From positions 262-64,261 of the forward strand of contig JBEKPC010000006.1 of NCBI GenBank assembly GCA_049521155.1: a stretch of 64,000 bases of DNA, read 5' to 3'. The notes under the pieces are model-generated. The model did no database searches. It was given only the letters and a program-made list of their open reading frames with translations, and was not told the origin of the DNA. Position numbers and translations under genes: made by a program. How positions within the stretch are numbered: the stretch's first letter is position 1; the number at the start of each line of letters is the position of its first letter. Shown here in pieces: positions 21,225 through 28,821 of the stretch. Origin of the DNA: Bryobacteraceae bacterium. GTDB lineage: Bacteria > Acidobacteriota > Terriglobia > Bryobacterales > Bryobacteraceae.

Positions 21225-23615
21225 ATGGGATCTTTTTCAATTAATACCAACGTCGCCTCGTTGCAGGCGGAGAATTATCTTACTCAGACGAGTAACTTCC
21301 AGAACCAGACAATCAACGAGGTCACCTCAGGCCTGCGCATCGTCAATTCGGGAGATGACGCGGCCGGGCTGGCGATCGCCAACGGCGACCGTTCGAACGA
21401 AGCTGTGCTGACACAGGGCATCCAGAATGCGACCAACGGACAGAATGAGCTACAGGTCGCCGATAGCGGCATGAGCAGCATCGGGAACTTGCTCGACACG
21501 GCCAGATCGCTGGCCACGGAATCAGCCTCGGGAACCTTCACGGGTGATCGCACGGTGCTGAACACTGAATTTCAGAGCGTGCTGGGGGAAATCAACCGGC
21601 AGGCGCAGGCGATCGGCCTGAACCAGGGCGGAACTTTGGCCACCAATATGAGCGTATTCATTGGCGGCGGCGAATCGTCCAACGGGGTCAGCGCGTCATC
21701 GAACGGGAGCGTCGCGATTGATCTGAGCCAGGCAACAGTCGACGCGAAGAGTCTTGGACTCGAAGGCGTGCAGGCCGCGGGCAAGGCGGGAACCGACATC
21801 GGCGCGGGCAGCACGACCAGCGTGGCGTCGATTCTATCGAACAGCGCCAATCAGGCGTCCATTTCGAACAACACCACCGATTTCACAGTCACGGGGCCGG
21901 GATTCTCCAACACGAGCGGCGGGAACACGATCACGCTCGCGGTGAATCTGAACGGCGTCACCGATGCCAACACACTGGCGACGGCGGTGAACTCGGCCAT
22001 CGCGGCGGCGGGGAACGGCAACAGCCAGCAGGCGACGGCATTCAAGAACGCGAATATCACGGCGGCGATCAATACGGATGCCACCGGCAAATCGCAATTG
22101 ACATTCAATAGCGCTTCGACGGCATTCCAGGTCCAGGGCGGAGACCAGGTGGCGACCGCGCTGATGGGCAACTTCTCCAGCGGCTCGACCGGCAACGTGG
22201 CGAATGTCACAGCAGTGGCAACGGCGGCGTTCGCGGCGCCGGCAGCGGCCGAAACAGTCGGCTTGAATATCACAGGCGCAGGCCTGACCGGCTCGGCAGG
22301 CGCGATCACCGTGAATCTGGCTACCACCGATACGGAGGCAACCACACTCGCGAAGATCAACACAGCGATCGCCGGCAATGCGGCACTCGCGGCGACGGGC
22401 ATCACGGCGACCGATAACGGCTCCGGCTCCATCCAGCTGGTCGGGAAAGCGGGACAGAGCTTCCAGGTGGCGGCATCGGGCGACACGAGCAATTCACTGG
22501 GATTCGGCACCTACGGGACCGCCGGCCCGGTAACGGGATCCGCCGCGGTAGTCGTCTCGAAGACGCAGGGCGTAGAGATCTCGCTTAACGGCGGCGCGAC
22601 TATCAACCTCGGCACTCTGACGGGCGGCACCACGGAAGCCGCGCAATTGAGCTCGCTGAATAAAGCGTTCTCGGCCAACGCTGCTTTGAGCGCGGCGGGC
22701 ATCACTGCCGTCGATAACGGCGGCAAGGTTGAAATCCAGAGCACCAACGGCACCGCTTTCCGCATGAATACGGTCGGCGGCACGGGCGATGCGTTCGGTT
22801 TCGGCGTATCCACGGGCGTTGCCTCCACCGGGAGCACGGCCAGCGCCTACGCGGCGCAGGACAGCGTCGATTCGGCCGGCGCACAGCAGGCCACCAACGC
22901 AACAGGCAACGCGGTGTATCAATTCACCGGCCTGACCAACGCGGGCGATGCGCAGACGATCACACTGAGCGCGGTAGACGCCAGTGGCGCGCAGCACACG
23001 CTGAACGTCAACCTGAACACGAGCAACGCGAGCACGCTCGACCAGGCGGTCAATACGATCAACACGGCGATTGCCGCTTCAAACGACTCCACGCTGGGAC
23101 AGATCGGCGCATTCAAACAGGAAGGCACGACGGGCAACACGACCGGCGTAGAGGGAGTGAGCTTTATGAGCGCGGGCAACGGCTTCAAGGTTAGCTTGGG
23201 AGCTTCGCCTGCCAGTTCGGTCGCGGGTGTTTCCGCCGGCATCGCCGACGGCACCACGGGACAGAGCGGCGGCATGGTATCGAGCTCGGCCGCCAACGGC
23301 ACCGGTTCCACCGCGGACATCAGCAACATCGCCACGGCGACCGCGGCTGTCAGCGCCCTGGCAAACGCGGTGAGCTCGCTTGGCACGGCGCAAGCCGCTG
23401 TGGGTAACGGCGAGAACACCTTGAACTACGCCATCAACCTGGCGTCTTCGCAGTTGACCAACCTGGCTGCCTCCGAGTCCAGCATCCGCGACGCCAACAT
23501 GGCGACGGAATCGGCCAACCTGACCAAATCGCAGATCCAGCTCCAGGCCGGCATCGCGGCCCTGTCGCAGGCGAACTCGGCTCCGCAGCAGATTTTGACC
23601 CTGTTGCAGCATTAG
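21225..23615 (+). CDS. fliC: Flagellin, giant form (796 aa)
   Basis: Conserved N-terminal D0/D1 (INTNVASLQA..., GLRIVNSGDDAAGLAIA) and C-terminal D1/D0 (IRDANMATESANLTKSQIQLQAGIAALSQANSAPQQILTLLQ). About 540-aa Ala/Thr/Gly/Asn-rich variable core. Confidence 0.9.
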   Translation: MGSFSINTNVASLQAENYLTQTSNFQNQTINEVTSGLRIVNSGDDAAGLAIANGDRSNEAVLTQGIQNATNGQNELQVADSGMSSIGNLLDTARSLATESASGTFTGDRTVLNTEFQSVLGEINRQAQAIGLNQGGTLATNMSVFIGGGESSNGVSASSNGSVAIDLSQATVDAKSLGLEGVQAAGKAGTDIGAGSTTSVASILSNSANQASISNNTTDFTVTGPGFSNTSGGNTITLAVNLNGVTDANTLATAVNSAIAAAGNGNSQQATAFKNANITAAINTDATGKSQLTFNSASTAFQVQGGDQVATALMGNFSSGSTGNVANVTAVATAAFAAPAAAETVGLNITGAGLTGSAGAITVNLATTDTEATTLAKINTAIAGNAALAATGITATDNGSGSIQLVGKAGQSFQVAASGDTSNSLGFGTYGTAGPVTGSAAVVVSKTQGVEISLNGGATINLGTLTGGTTEAAQLSSLNKAFSANAALSAAGITAVDNGGKVEIQSTNGTAFRMNTVGGTGDAFGFGVSTGVASTGSTASAYAAQDSVDSAGAQQATNATGNAVYQFTGLTNAGDAQTITLSAVDASGAQHTLNVNLNTSNASTLDQAVNTINTAIAASNDSTLGQIGAFKQEGTTGNTTGVEGVSFMSAGNGFKVSLGASPASSVAGVSAGIADGTTGQSGGMVSSSAANGTGSTADISNIATATAAVSALANAVSSLGTAQAAVGNGENTLNYAINLASSQLTNLAASESSIRDANMATESANLTKSQIQLQAGIAALSQANSAPQQILTLLQH

Positions 23616-23632
23616 AACGCTTCGTAAAACAC

Positions 23633-23717
23633 ATCCCCTCCTTTGCAGTCGGGGTTCGGGGCCGGATAGATACCGGCCTTTACCGAACCTGATTGTCAGG
23701 GAGGGGATTTTTTATTT
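23633..23717 (+). terminator. Rho-independent terminator of the flagellin gene (long compound hairpin + T tract)
   Basis: ATCCCCTCC (23633-23641) pairs with GGAGGGGAT (23700-23708). Nested stems GGTTCGG/CCGAACC and GGCCGG/CCGGCC. Followed by TTTTTTATTT. Confidence 0.7.
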
Positions 23718-23854
23718 GTGTGCTGTTGCAGCATTAAGACATCCCCTCCTTTACAGTCGGGGTTCGGAGGCGGGATAGTCATCGGGCTTCATCGAACTCC
23801 GGACGTCAAGGAGGGCGATCGCATGAGAAAAGTTATCGGCCGTTACCGGTCTTT

Positions 23855-24571
23855 TTATTTGTACGTTCCGCGGAGGGCGCGGCTGCGGATCCGCACCAGA
23901 TCGGCGAATGATTTGATTCCCTGCGCGAGGCTGACCTTGGTGCCTTCGACGTTGCTCCATTCGACCGGCACTTCAATCGAGCGCAGCCCGAGTGTCTGGG
24001 CGATCAACAGATCTTCAACATCGAAACTGAAGCCTTCCTCAACCTGGCGGGAAAAAATCTGCCGTGCGGCGTCCTTGCGGAATAATTTGAACCCGCACTG
24101 CGTATCGCGGAACGGCAGCCCGGTCACCAGGCGCATCACGATATTGAAGGCGCGGCCGGACACCTCCCGCATCATCGGCTGATGCACCTTCACCAGTTTA
24201 CGATCGAGCGCGCGGGAGCCGATCGCGACCACGGCGCTTTCGCGGCGGGCGGCAAGGATTAGTTTGTCCAGCTCCTCAATCGGCGCCGAAAGATCCGCGT
24301 CGGTGGACAGAATCCAATCGCCCTGGGCGGCCTGCATTCCGTGGCGGACAGCGTAGCCTTTGCCGCGATTTCCGGGATTGCTGACCAGGCGGATAAGGCC
24401 GCCCCGGGCTTCGACTAGAGCCGCGGTTCCGTCGCGGGAGCCGTCGTCGACGACCAGAATCTCGGTCACGGAAACCGGCAAGTGCTCCAGGTACGCGAGA
24501 ATCCGGTCGAGTGTAGCCGGCAATCTTCGCTCTTCGTTGTAGGCAGGGATGACGATCGAGAGCGTTTCCAT
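23855..24571 (-). CDS. GT2-family glycosyltransferase (polyprenyl-phosphate sugar synthase-like)
   Basis: 238 aa. IVIPAYNEE...VVDDGSRDGT...DAD motifs typical of Dpm1/dolichyl-phosphate glucosyltransferase-like GT2. Confidence 0.85.
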   Translation of the reverse strand: METLSIVIPAYNEERRLPATLDRILAYLEHLPVSVTEILVVDDGSRDGTAALVEARGGLIRLVSNPGNRGKGYAVRHGMQAAQGDWILSTDADLSAPIEELDKLILAARRESAVVAIGSRALDRKLVKVHQPMMREVSGRAFNIVMRLVTGLPFRDTQCGFKLFRKDAARQIFSRQVEEGFSFDVEDLLIAQTLGLRSIEVPVEWSNVEGTKVSLAQGIKSFADLVRIRSRALRGTYK

Positions 24572-24586
24572 GGGCTAGCTTATCAG

Positions 24587-24692
24587 GCGTCGAGACTCTC
24601 GAAAACATCTACGAAGACTCCGCTCCCTGCGGTCACGGCTCGGTAGCGATGCGGAGTCGATATCGCTGGCAGCGCATGGCACCGCCCCACAA
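24587..24692 (+). repeat. Dispersed intergenic repeat family A, copy 3
   Basis: GCGTCGAGACTCTCGAAAACATCtacgaAGACTCCGCTCCCTGCGGTCACGG...ATCGCTGGCAGCGCATGGCACCGCCCCACAA. Internal 8-bp stem GACTCCGC (24616-24623) / GCGGAGTC (24651-24658). Confidence 0.8.
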
Positions 24693-24770
24693 TCGGAGTG
24701 TTCCCCCGTCCTGAGATCGGGCAAGGATGGGAATGAAAGCGCTGCGGGGTTGAATGGATGGGGCGAAAAA

Positions 24771-24846
24771 CTGGGGACAGCCCGCTTTGTCCACGCGGCG
24801 CAAAAACGGCGCCTTGGGACGGAGTAGGCTGTCCCAAGTTTTTCGC
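24771..24846 (-). repeat. Dispersed intergenic repeat family B, copy 2 (inverted orientation)
   Basis: The reverse complement reads GCGAAAAACTTGGGACAGCCTACTCCGTCCCAAGGCGCCGTTTTTGCGCCGCGTGGACAAAGCGGGCTGTCCCC. Flanks are conserved with copy 1. The central hairpin has a different sequence (GGCGC/GCGCC) but is still a hairpin. Confidence 0.75.
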
Positions 24847-24869
24847 AGGTTCTGCTGTTTCGTGGGACA

Positions 24870-25796
24870 TCATGCCTGGTCAAGATACCACTTATAGGCG
24901 GATTCCAAGCCCTCACGCAGTGGGATACGCGCCTTCCAGCCGAGTGAAGCCAGGCGCGAAACGTCCAGCAGCTTGCGCGGCGTGCCGTCCGGCTTCGAGC
25001 GGTCCCACACGATGTTTCCCTCAAATCCGGTGATGGAGCGGATGGTCTCCGCCAGCTCCGCGATGGTCAGATCCTGGCCCGTTCCGGCGTTGAGAATCTG
25101 CTCCGAATCGTGATGCAACATTGAAAACAGAGCGGCGTCGGCGAGATCGTCCACATGCAGAAACTCGCGCCGCGGCGTCCCGCTTCCCCACAAAATGACT
25201 TCGGCCGCGCGGGCGATCTTCGCTTCGTGAAATTTACGGATCATGGCCGGCGCCACATGCGATGATTGCAAGTCGAAATTGTCGCCGGGGCCGTAAAGAT
25301 TGGTCGGCATTAACGCAATGGTAGAAAAACCGTACTGTGCGCGATAGGCCTGCGCCATTTTGATGCCCGCGATTTTGGCGATGGCGTACCACTGGTTGGT
25401 CGGCTCCAGCGCGCCTTCGAGCAGCGACTCCTCGCGGATGGGCTGCGGCGCAAATTTAGGATAGATGCAGGAGGAGCCGAGAAAGAGCAGCTTTTTCGCC
25501 CCATTGCGATACGCTGCATCGATGACGTTCGATTGGATGGCGAGATTCTCCGCAATAAACTCCGCCGGGCGGGTCGAATTGGCGAGAATGCCCCCGACTT
25601 TGGCTGCGGCTAGGAAAACATACGCAGGCCGCTCGGCGGCGAAAAATTCGTCGACCGCGGATTGGCGCGTCAAATCCAATTCGGCGCGCGTACGCAGCAG
25701 GAGGTGCGAATATCCCTCCGCGGCGAGACGGCGAGCGATGGCCGAGCCAACCATACCGCGATGGCCGGCAACAAAAATGGATGCGGATTTATCCAT
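24870..25796 (-). CDS. fcl: GDP-L-fucose synthase (GDP-4-keto-6-deoxymannose 3,5-epimerase/4-reductase)
   Basis: 308 aa. GHRGMVGSA Rossmann motif, [14 protein letters not shown] (YxxxK). Adjacent to gmd. Confidence 0.9.
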   Translation of the reverse strand: MDKSASIFVAGHRGMVGSAIARRLAAEGYSHLLLRTRAELDLTRQSAVDEFFAAERPAYVFLAAAKVGGILANSTRPAEFIAENLAIQSNVIDAAYRNGAKKLLFLGSSCIYPKFAPQPIREESLLEGALEPTNQWYAIAKIAGIKMAQAYRAQYGFSTIALMPTNLYGPGDNFDLQSSHVAPAMIRKFHEAKIARAAEVILWGSGTPRREFLHVDDLADAALFSMLHHDSEQILNAGTGQDLTIAELAETIRSITGFEGNIVWDRSKPDGTPRKLLDVSRLASLGWKARIPLREGLESAYKWYLDQA

Positions 25797-25815
25797 GAGC
25801 CAAATGTTCCGTGGT

Positions 25816-26871
25816 CTACCGGTGCGACAGCCCGCGGGACACCACCACGTGTCCAGCCGCGGCCAACGTACGCTCCTGGCGGGCGAGCTCGAAGTCGCGT
25901 TCCACCATCATCACGACCAGTTGCTCGAAACTCACCTTCGGTTTCCATCCGAGCTTGGTTCGCGCCTTCGACGCATCACCGCAGAGCGCATCGACTTCGG
26001 TGGGACGAAGGTAGCGTGCATCGGTTTCAACGTGCTGGGTCCAATCCAGGCCGCAGCGTTCGGCGGCGATGTCCAGAAATTCACGCACGGAGTGAGCTTC
26101 CCCGGTAGCCACTACGTAATCGTCGGGCTCCGGCTGCTGGAGCATCAGCCACATCGCCTCCACAAAATCGCCGGCGTATCCCCAATCGCGCGAAGAATCG
26201 AGATTGCCCAGGTACAGCTTGTCCTGCAATCCGAGCTTAATGCGGGTCAGGGCGCGGGTAATTTTCCGGGTAACGAAGGTCTCCCCGCGGCGCGGCGATT
26301 CATGGTTGAAGAGAATGCCGTTCACAATGAATAGGTTGTACGCCTCGCGGTAATTCCTGGCAAACCAGTGTCCTGCGACTTTGCCGACCGCATACGGACT
26401 GCGCGGATAAAACGGCGTGTCCTCGTTTTGAGGAGGAGGGGACGCGCCGAACATTTCAGATGATCCAGCCTGATAGAATTTCACAGCGTGGCCTGATGCG
26501 GCGTACTCGCGCACGGTTTCAAGAAGACGCAAAGTGCCGGTGGCGACTACGTCGGCCGTGTATTCGGCCTGATCGAAGCTGACACGGACATGCGATTGCG
26601 CCGCCAGATTGTAGATTTCAGCAGGCTTGGCTTGGGCGACGATCTTGCGGAGCGACGCGCCGTCGGCCATGTCTCCATAGTGCAGATAGAGGCGCGCGCC
26701 GAGCTCATGCGGGTCGGCATAAATCGTGTCAAGGCGCTCGGTGTTGAAGGTGGAAGCTCTGCGGACGATGCCGTGGACGATATATCCTTTCGAAAGCAGC
26801 AGTTCGGCTAAAAAAGATCCGTCTTGTCCAGTAATTCCGGTTATGAGTGCAGTGCGTTGAGGCTCAGCCAT
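25816..26871 (-). CDS. gmd: GDP-mannose 4,6-dehydratase
   Basis: 351 aa. [41 protein letters not shown] are canonical Gmd motifs. Confidence 0.95.
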   Translation of the reverse strand: MAEPQRTALITGITGQDGSFLAELLLSKGYIVHGIVRRASTFNTERLDTIYADPHELGARLYLHYGDMADGASLRKIVAQAKPAEIYNLAAQSHVRVSFDQAEYTADVVATGTLRLLETVREYAASGHAVKFYQAGSSEMFGASPPPQNEDTPFYPRSPYAVGKVAGHWFARNYREAYNLFIVNGILFNHESPRRGETFVTRKITRALTRIKLGLQDKLYLGNLDSSRDWGYAGDFVEAMWLMLQQPEPDDYVVATGEAHSVREFLDIAAERCGLDWTQHVETDARYLRPTEVDALCGDASKARTKLGWKPKVSFEQLVVMMVERDFELARQERTLAAAGHVVVSRGLSHR

Positions 26872-26909
26872 GAGGAAACCTCATTTTCGCACGAATCTTT
26901 AGATTGGAA

Positions 26910-27305
26910 TCAGAACTCCACGCGGGGCAAGGTGCCGAGGGTCGGGCAGGACTGCGTTTCCCAGGGCGCGCCGCAGTGATCGCGCCTGGATTTCGCCAGC
27001 AGGATTTGGCCGCAATGAGACTGATAAGTCGACATGATGCCTTCGGCCAGACGGTCCAGATCCGGGAGCGTGCGAGCGTCCGGCCGGTCGATCAGGGTGG
27101 TCAGAGTGGTCCAGTTTTCAATCGTTTCGCCGCCGCTGAGGTATTCCCAAGTGGCATTTTGCTTCCGGAATGATCCAAGCTGATAGGTTCGCGATAGAAA
27201 GGTGATCGGAGCGCCGGAGGTCTTGCCAAACCCTGCCGGATAAGCGGACGCTACTGTGGAGTCGTCACGTGAGCGGAACGCCGGCCTTCTTAAATACCGC
27301 AACAC
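26910..27305 (-). CDS. Hypothetical protein (weakly supported)
   Basis: 131-aa ORF with GTG start that overlaps the 3' end of the upstream gene by 41 nt. No family recognised. Retained only because no competing gene covers 26910-27264. Confidence 0.3.
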   Translation of the reverse strand: MLRYLRRPAFRSRDDSTVASAYPAGFGKTSGAPITFLSRTYQLGSFRKQNATWEYLSGGETIENWTTLTTLIDRPDARTLPDLDRLAEGIMSTYQSHCGQILLAKSRRDHCGAPWETQSCPTLGTLPRVEF

Positions 27306-28104
27306 TCGAATCGAGACACAGCTTCGCGCTCTCCGCAGGCGGCATTTCCTTCAGCCCGCGCCCAAAAACTTCCACGCTGAGCGAGTCCTCATAGCCGATC
27401 TTCTGCAGGGCTTGCAAAAAGCCAGTCAGGGGAATGATGCCCTCTCCGGGCAGCAGCCGCTGGTTATCGCGGATCCGGTCGGCGGGCAAATCCGGCGCGT
27501 CGTCAAAGTGCACCACGACAATGCGATCTTTCCCCGCGGCAAGGATGTCCGCGATCGTGCCTCCAGCGTGATGCCAGTGCCACGCATCGAGTGTGAGGCC
27601 AACGTTCGAGCCGCACTCCTTGGCGAATTCCAACATCTCATCCATCTTCCAGATGAACTCATGCGGAAACTGCGTGCGGATGTGCAGCGGGCCGAGAAAC
27701 TCCAGTCCCAGGCGGCAATGGGAGCGGGCCATAATATTGGCGCACTCTGAAAAGCGCTTCTTGTATAATCGGCGCAACTCGTCCTTCGGCGTTTCGCTCG
27801 ACGACGGAAGATACGTGATCAGGCGAGGGCAGCCGATGGCGGCGCAAAAAGGAGTGGCCTCCTCCAGCTTGGCTAAGCCCTGGCGAAACGCCGCATCATC
27901 CTTGCGAAACTCGACCGGAAGGCCGGCGAAGGCGGGCCGCAGATGAAGCTCGTCCAACATGGCGCGCGTCTTCTGAACCCCGTCCGCCATCGCGGATGCC
28001 AGCATCAGATCCACGCCTCCAAATCCGGCAGAGGAAGCGAGCCGGGCGAACTCCGGCCACGACAAATTGCCGCCAATTGGAACGCTGTTGAGAGAAAGGT
28101 ACAT
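27265..28104 (-). CDS. Sugar phosphate isomerase/epimerase (xylose isomerase-like TIM barrel)
   Basis: 279 aa. Pattern of AP-endonuclease-2/xylose-isomerase-like barrels (GFGGVDL..., VVVHFDD, GEGIIPL...). ATG lies 4 nt after the CCA end of the upstream tRNA. Confidence 0.8.
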   Translation of the reverse strand: MYLSLNSVPIGGNLSWPEFARLASSAGFGGVDLMLASAMADGVQKTRAMLDELHLRPAFAGLPVEFRKDDAAFRQGLAKLEEATPFCAAIGCPRLITYLPSSSETPKDELRRLYKKRFSECANIMARSHCRLGLEFLGPLHIRTQFPHEFIWKMDEMLEFAKECGSNVGLTLDAWHWHHAGGTIADILAAGKDRIVVVHFDDAPDLPADRIRDNQRLLPGEGIIPLTGFLQALQKIGYEDSLSVEVFGRGLKEMPPAESAKLCLDSSVAVFKKAGVPLT

Positions 28105-28108
28105 ATTC

Positions 28109-28184
28109 TGGTGGGCCCTGTTGGATTCGAACCAACGACCAACGGATTATGAGTCCGCTGCACTAACCGCTGTGCTAAGGGCCC
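28109..28184 (-). tRNA. tRNA with CAU anticodon, tRNA-Ile2 (lysidine)-like, CCA encoded
   Basis: Reverse complement GGGCCCTTAGCACAGCGGTTAGTGCAGCGGACTCATAATCCGTTGGTCGTTGGTTCGAATCCAACAGGGCCCACCA folds as a cloverleaf. It closely resembles E. coli ileX as I remember it. An elongator Met cannot be excluded by eye. Confidence 0.85.
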
Positions 28185-28276
28185 GCACTTTGAGTTTACT
28201 CAGACTGGGGCCAGCGTGAGCATGTTCGAATTTCTTCGAGTCATTGCTGATCGACCAATAACCACTTTATAAGAAA

Positions 28277-28363
28277 TGGTGCGGAGAGGGGGACTTGAAC
28301 CCCCACGAGATTGCTCCCGCTAGCACCTCAAGCTAGTGCGTCTGCCAATTCCGCCACCTCCGC
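28277..28363 (-). tRNA. tRNA-Leu (GAG anticodon), class II with long variable arm, CCA encoded
   Basis: Reverse complement GCGGAGGTGGCGGAATTGGCAGACGCACTAGCTTGAGGTGCTAGCGGGAGCAATCTCGTGGGGGTTCAAGTCCCCCTCTCCGCACCA. Anticodon stem CTAGC/GCTAG, loop TTGAGGT. Confidence 0.85.
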
Positions 28364-28376
28364 AGGTGGAAAACTT

Positions 28377-28793
28377 TTACTTCTTTTGCCCTTGCGGTGG
28401 CGGCTGCACCTGCACAGGGATTGTTTGCGCCGGTTGAGGTTGTCCGTTCACCGAAGGCGTGACTTGAATTGGCAGGGACGAACCCACCGGCGGCGGCGCT
28501 TGCTTATTGTTCTTCTGTTGCGCCGGGGCCTTTTTGTCGAAAATCGCCGGAACCGCTCCGCCATTTCGCGTGGCCAAAATGGAAAGCGATAGAGAGGTAA
28601 CCATGAACAGCGCCGCAGCGATGGTGGTCGCCTTCGAAAGCACTGTCGCCGAGCCTCTGGGGCCGAATACCGTCTGCGAACCCATGCCGCCGAACGCTCC
28701 GGCCAGGTCCGCGGCTTTGCCGCTTTGCAGCAGCACCACCACCACCAGGAACAGGCACACAATCACATGTATCGTTGTCAGCAGGTAAATCAT
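28377..28793 (-). CDS. secG: Preprotein translocase subunit SecG with Pro/Gln-rich C-terminal tail
   Basis: 138 aa. [16 protein letters not shown] and a second TM are canonical SecG. Extra tail [16 protein letters not shown]...QPPPQGQKK. Confidence 0.85.
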   Translation of the reverse strand: MIYLLTTIHVIVCLFLVVVVLLQSGKAADLAGAFGGMGSQTVFGPRGSATVLSKATTIAAALFMVTSLSLSILATRNGGAVPAIFDKKAPAQQKNNKQAPPPVGSSLPIQVTPSVNGQPQPAQTIPVQVQPPPQGQKK

Positions 28794-28821
28794 ACGATTC
28801 TCAACCAGTTTACCACGCCGT

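Noticed and set aside
21851-23419. Several 100 to 220-aa minus-strand ORFs inside the flagellin gene
   Set aside because: A product of the Ala/Thr/Gly-rich repetitive coding sequence, which leaves antisense frames open. The flagellin termini are unambiguous on the plus strand.
25465-26334. 289-aa plus-strand ORF
   Set aside because: It lies entirely antisense to the strongly conserved fcl and gmd genes. Arg/Ala/Ser-rich composition is typical of shadow ORFs in GC-rich DNA.
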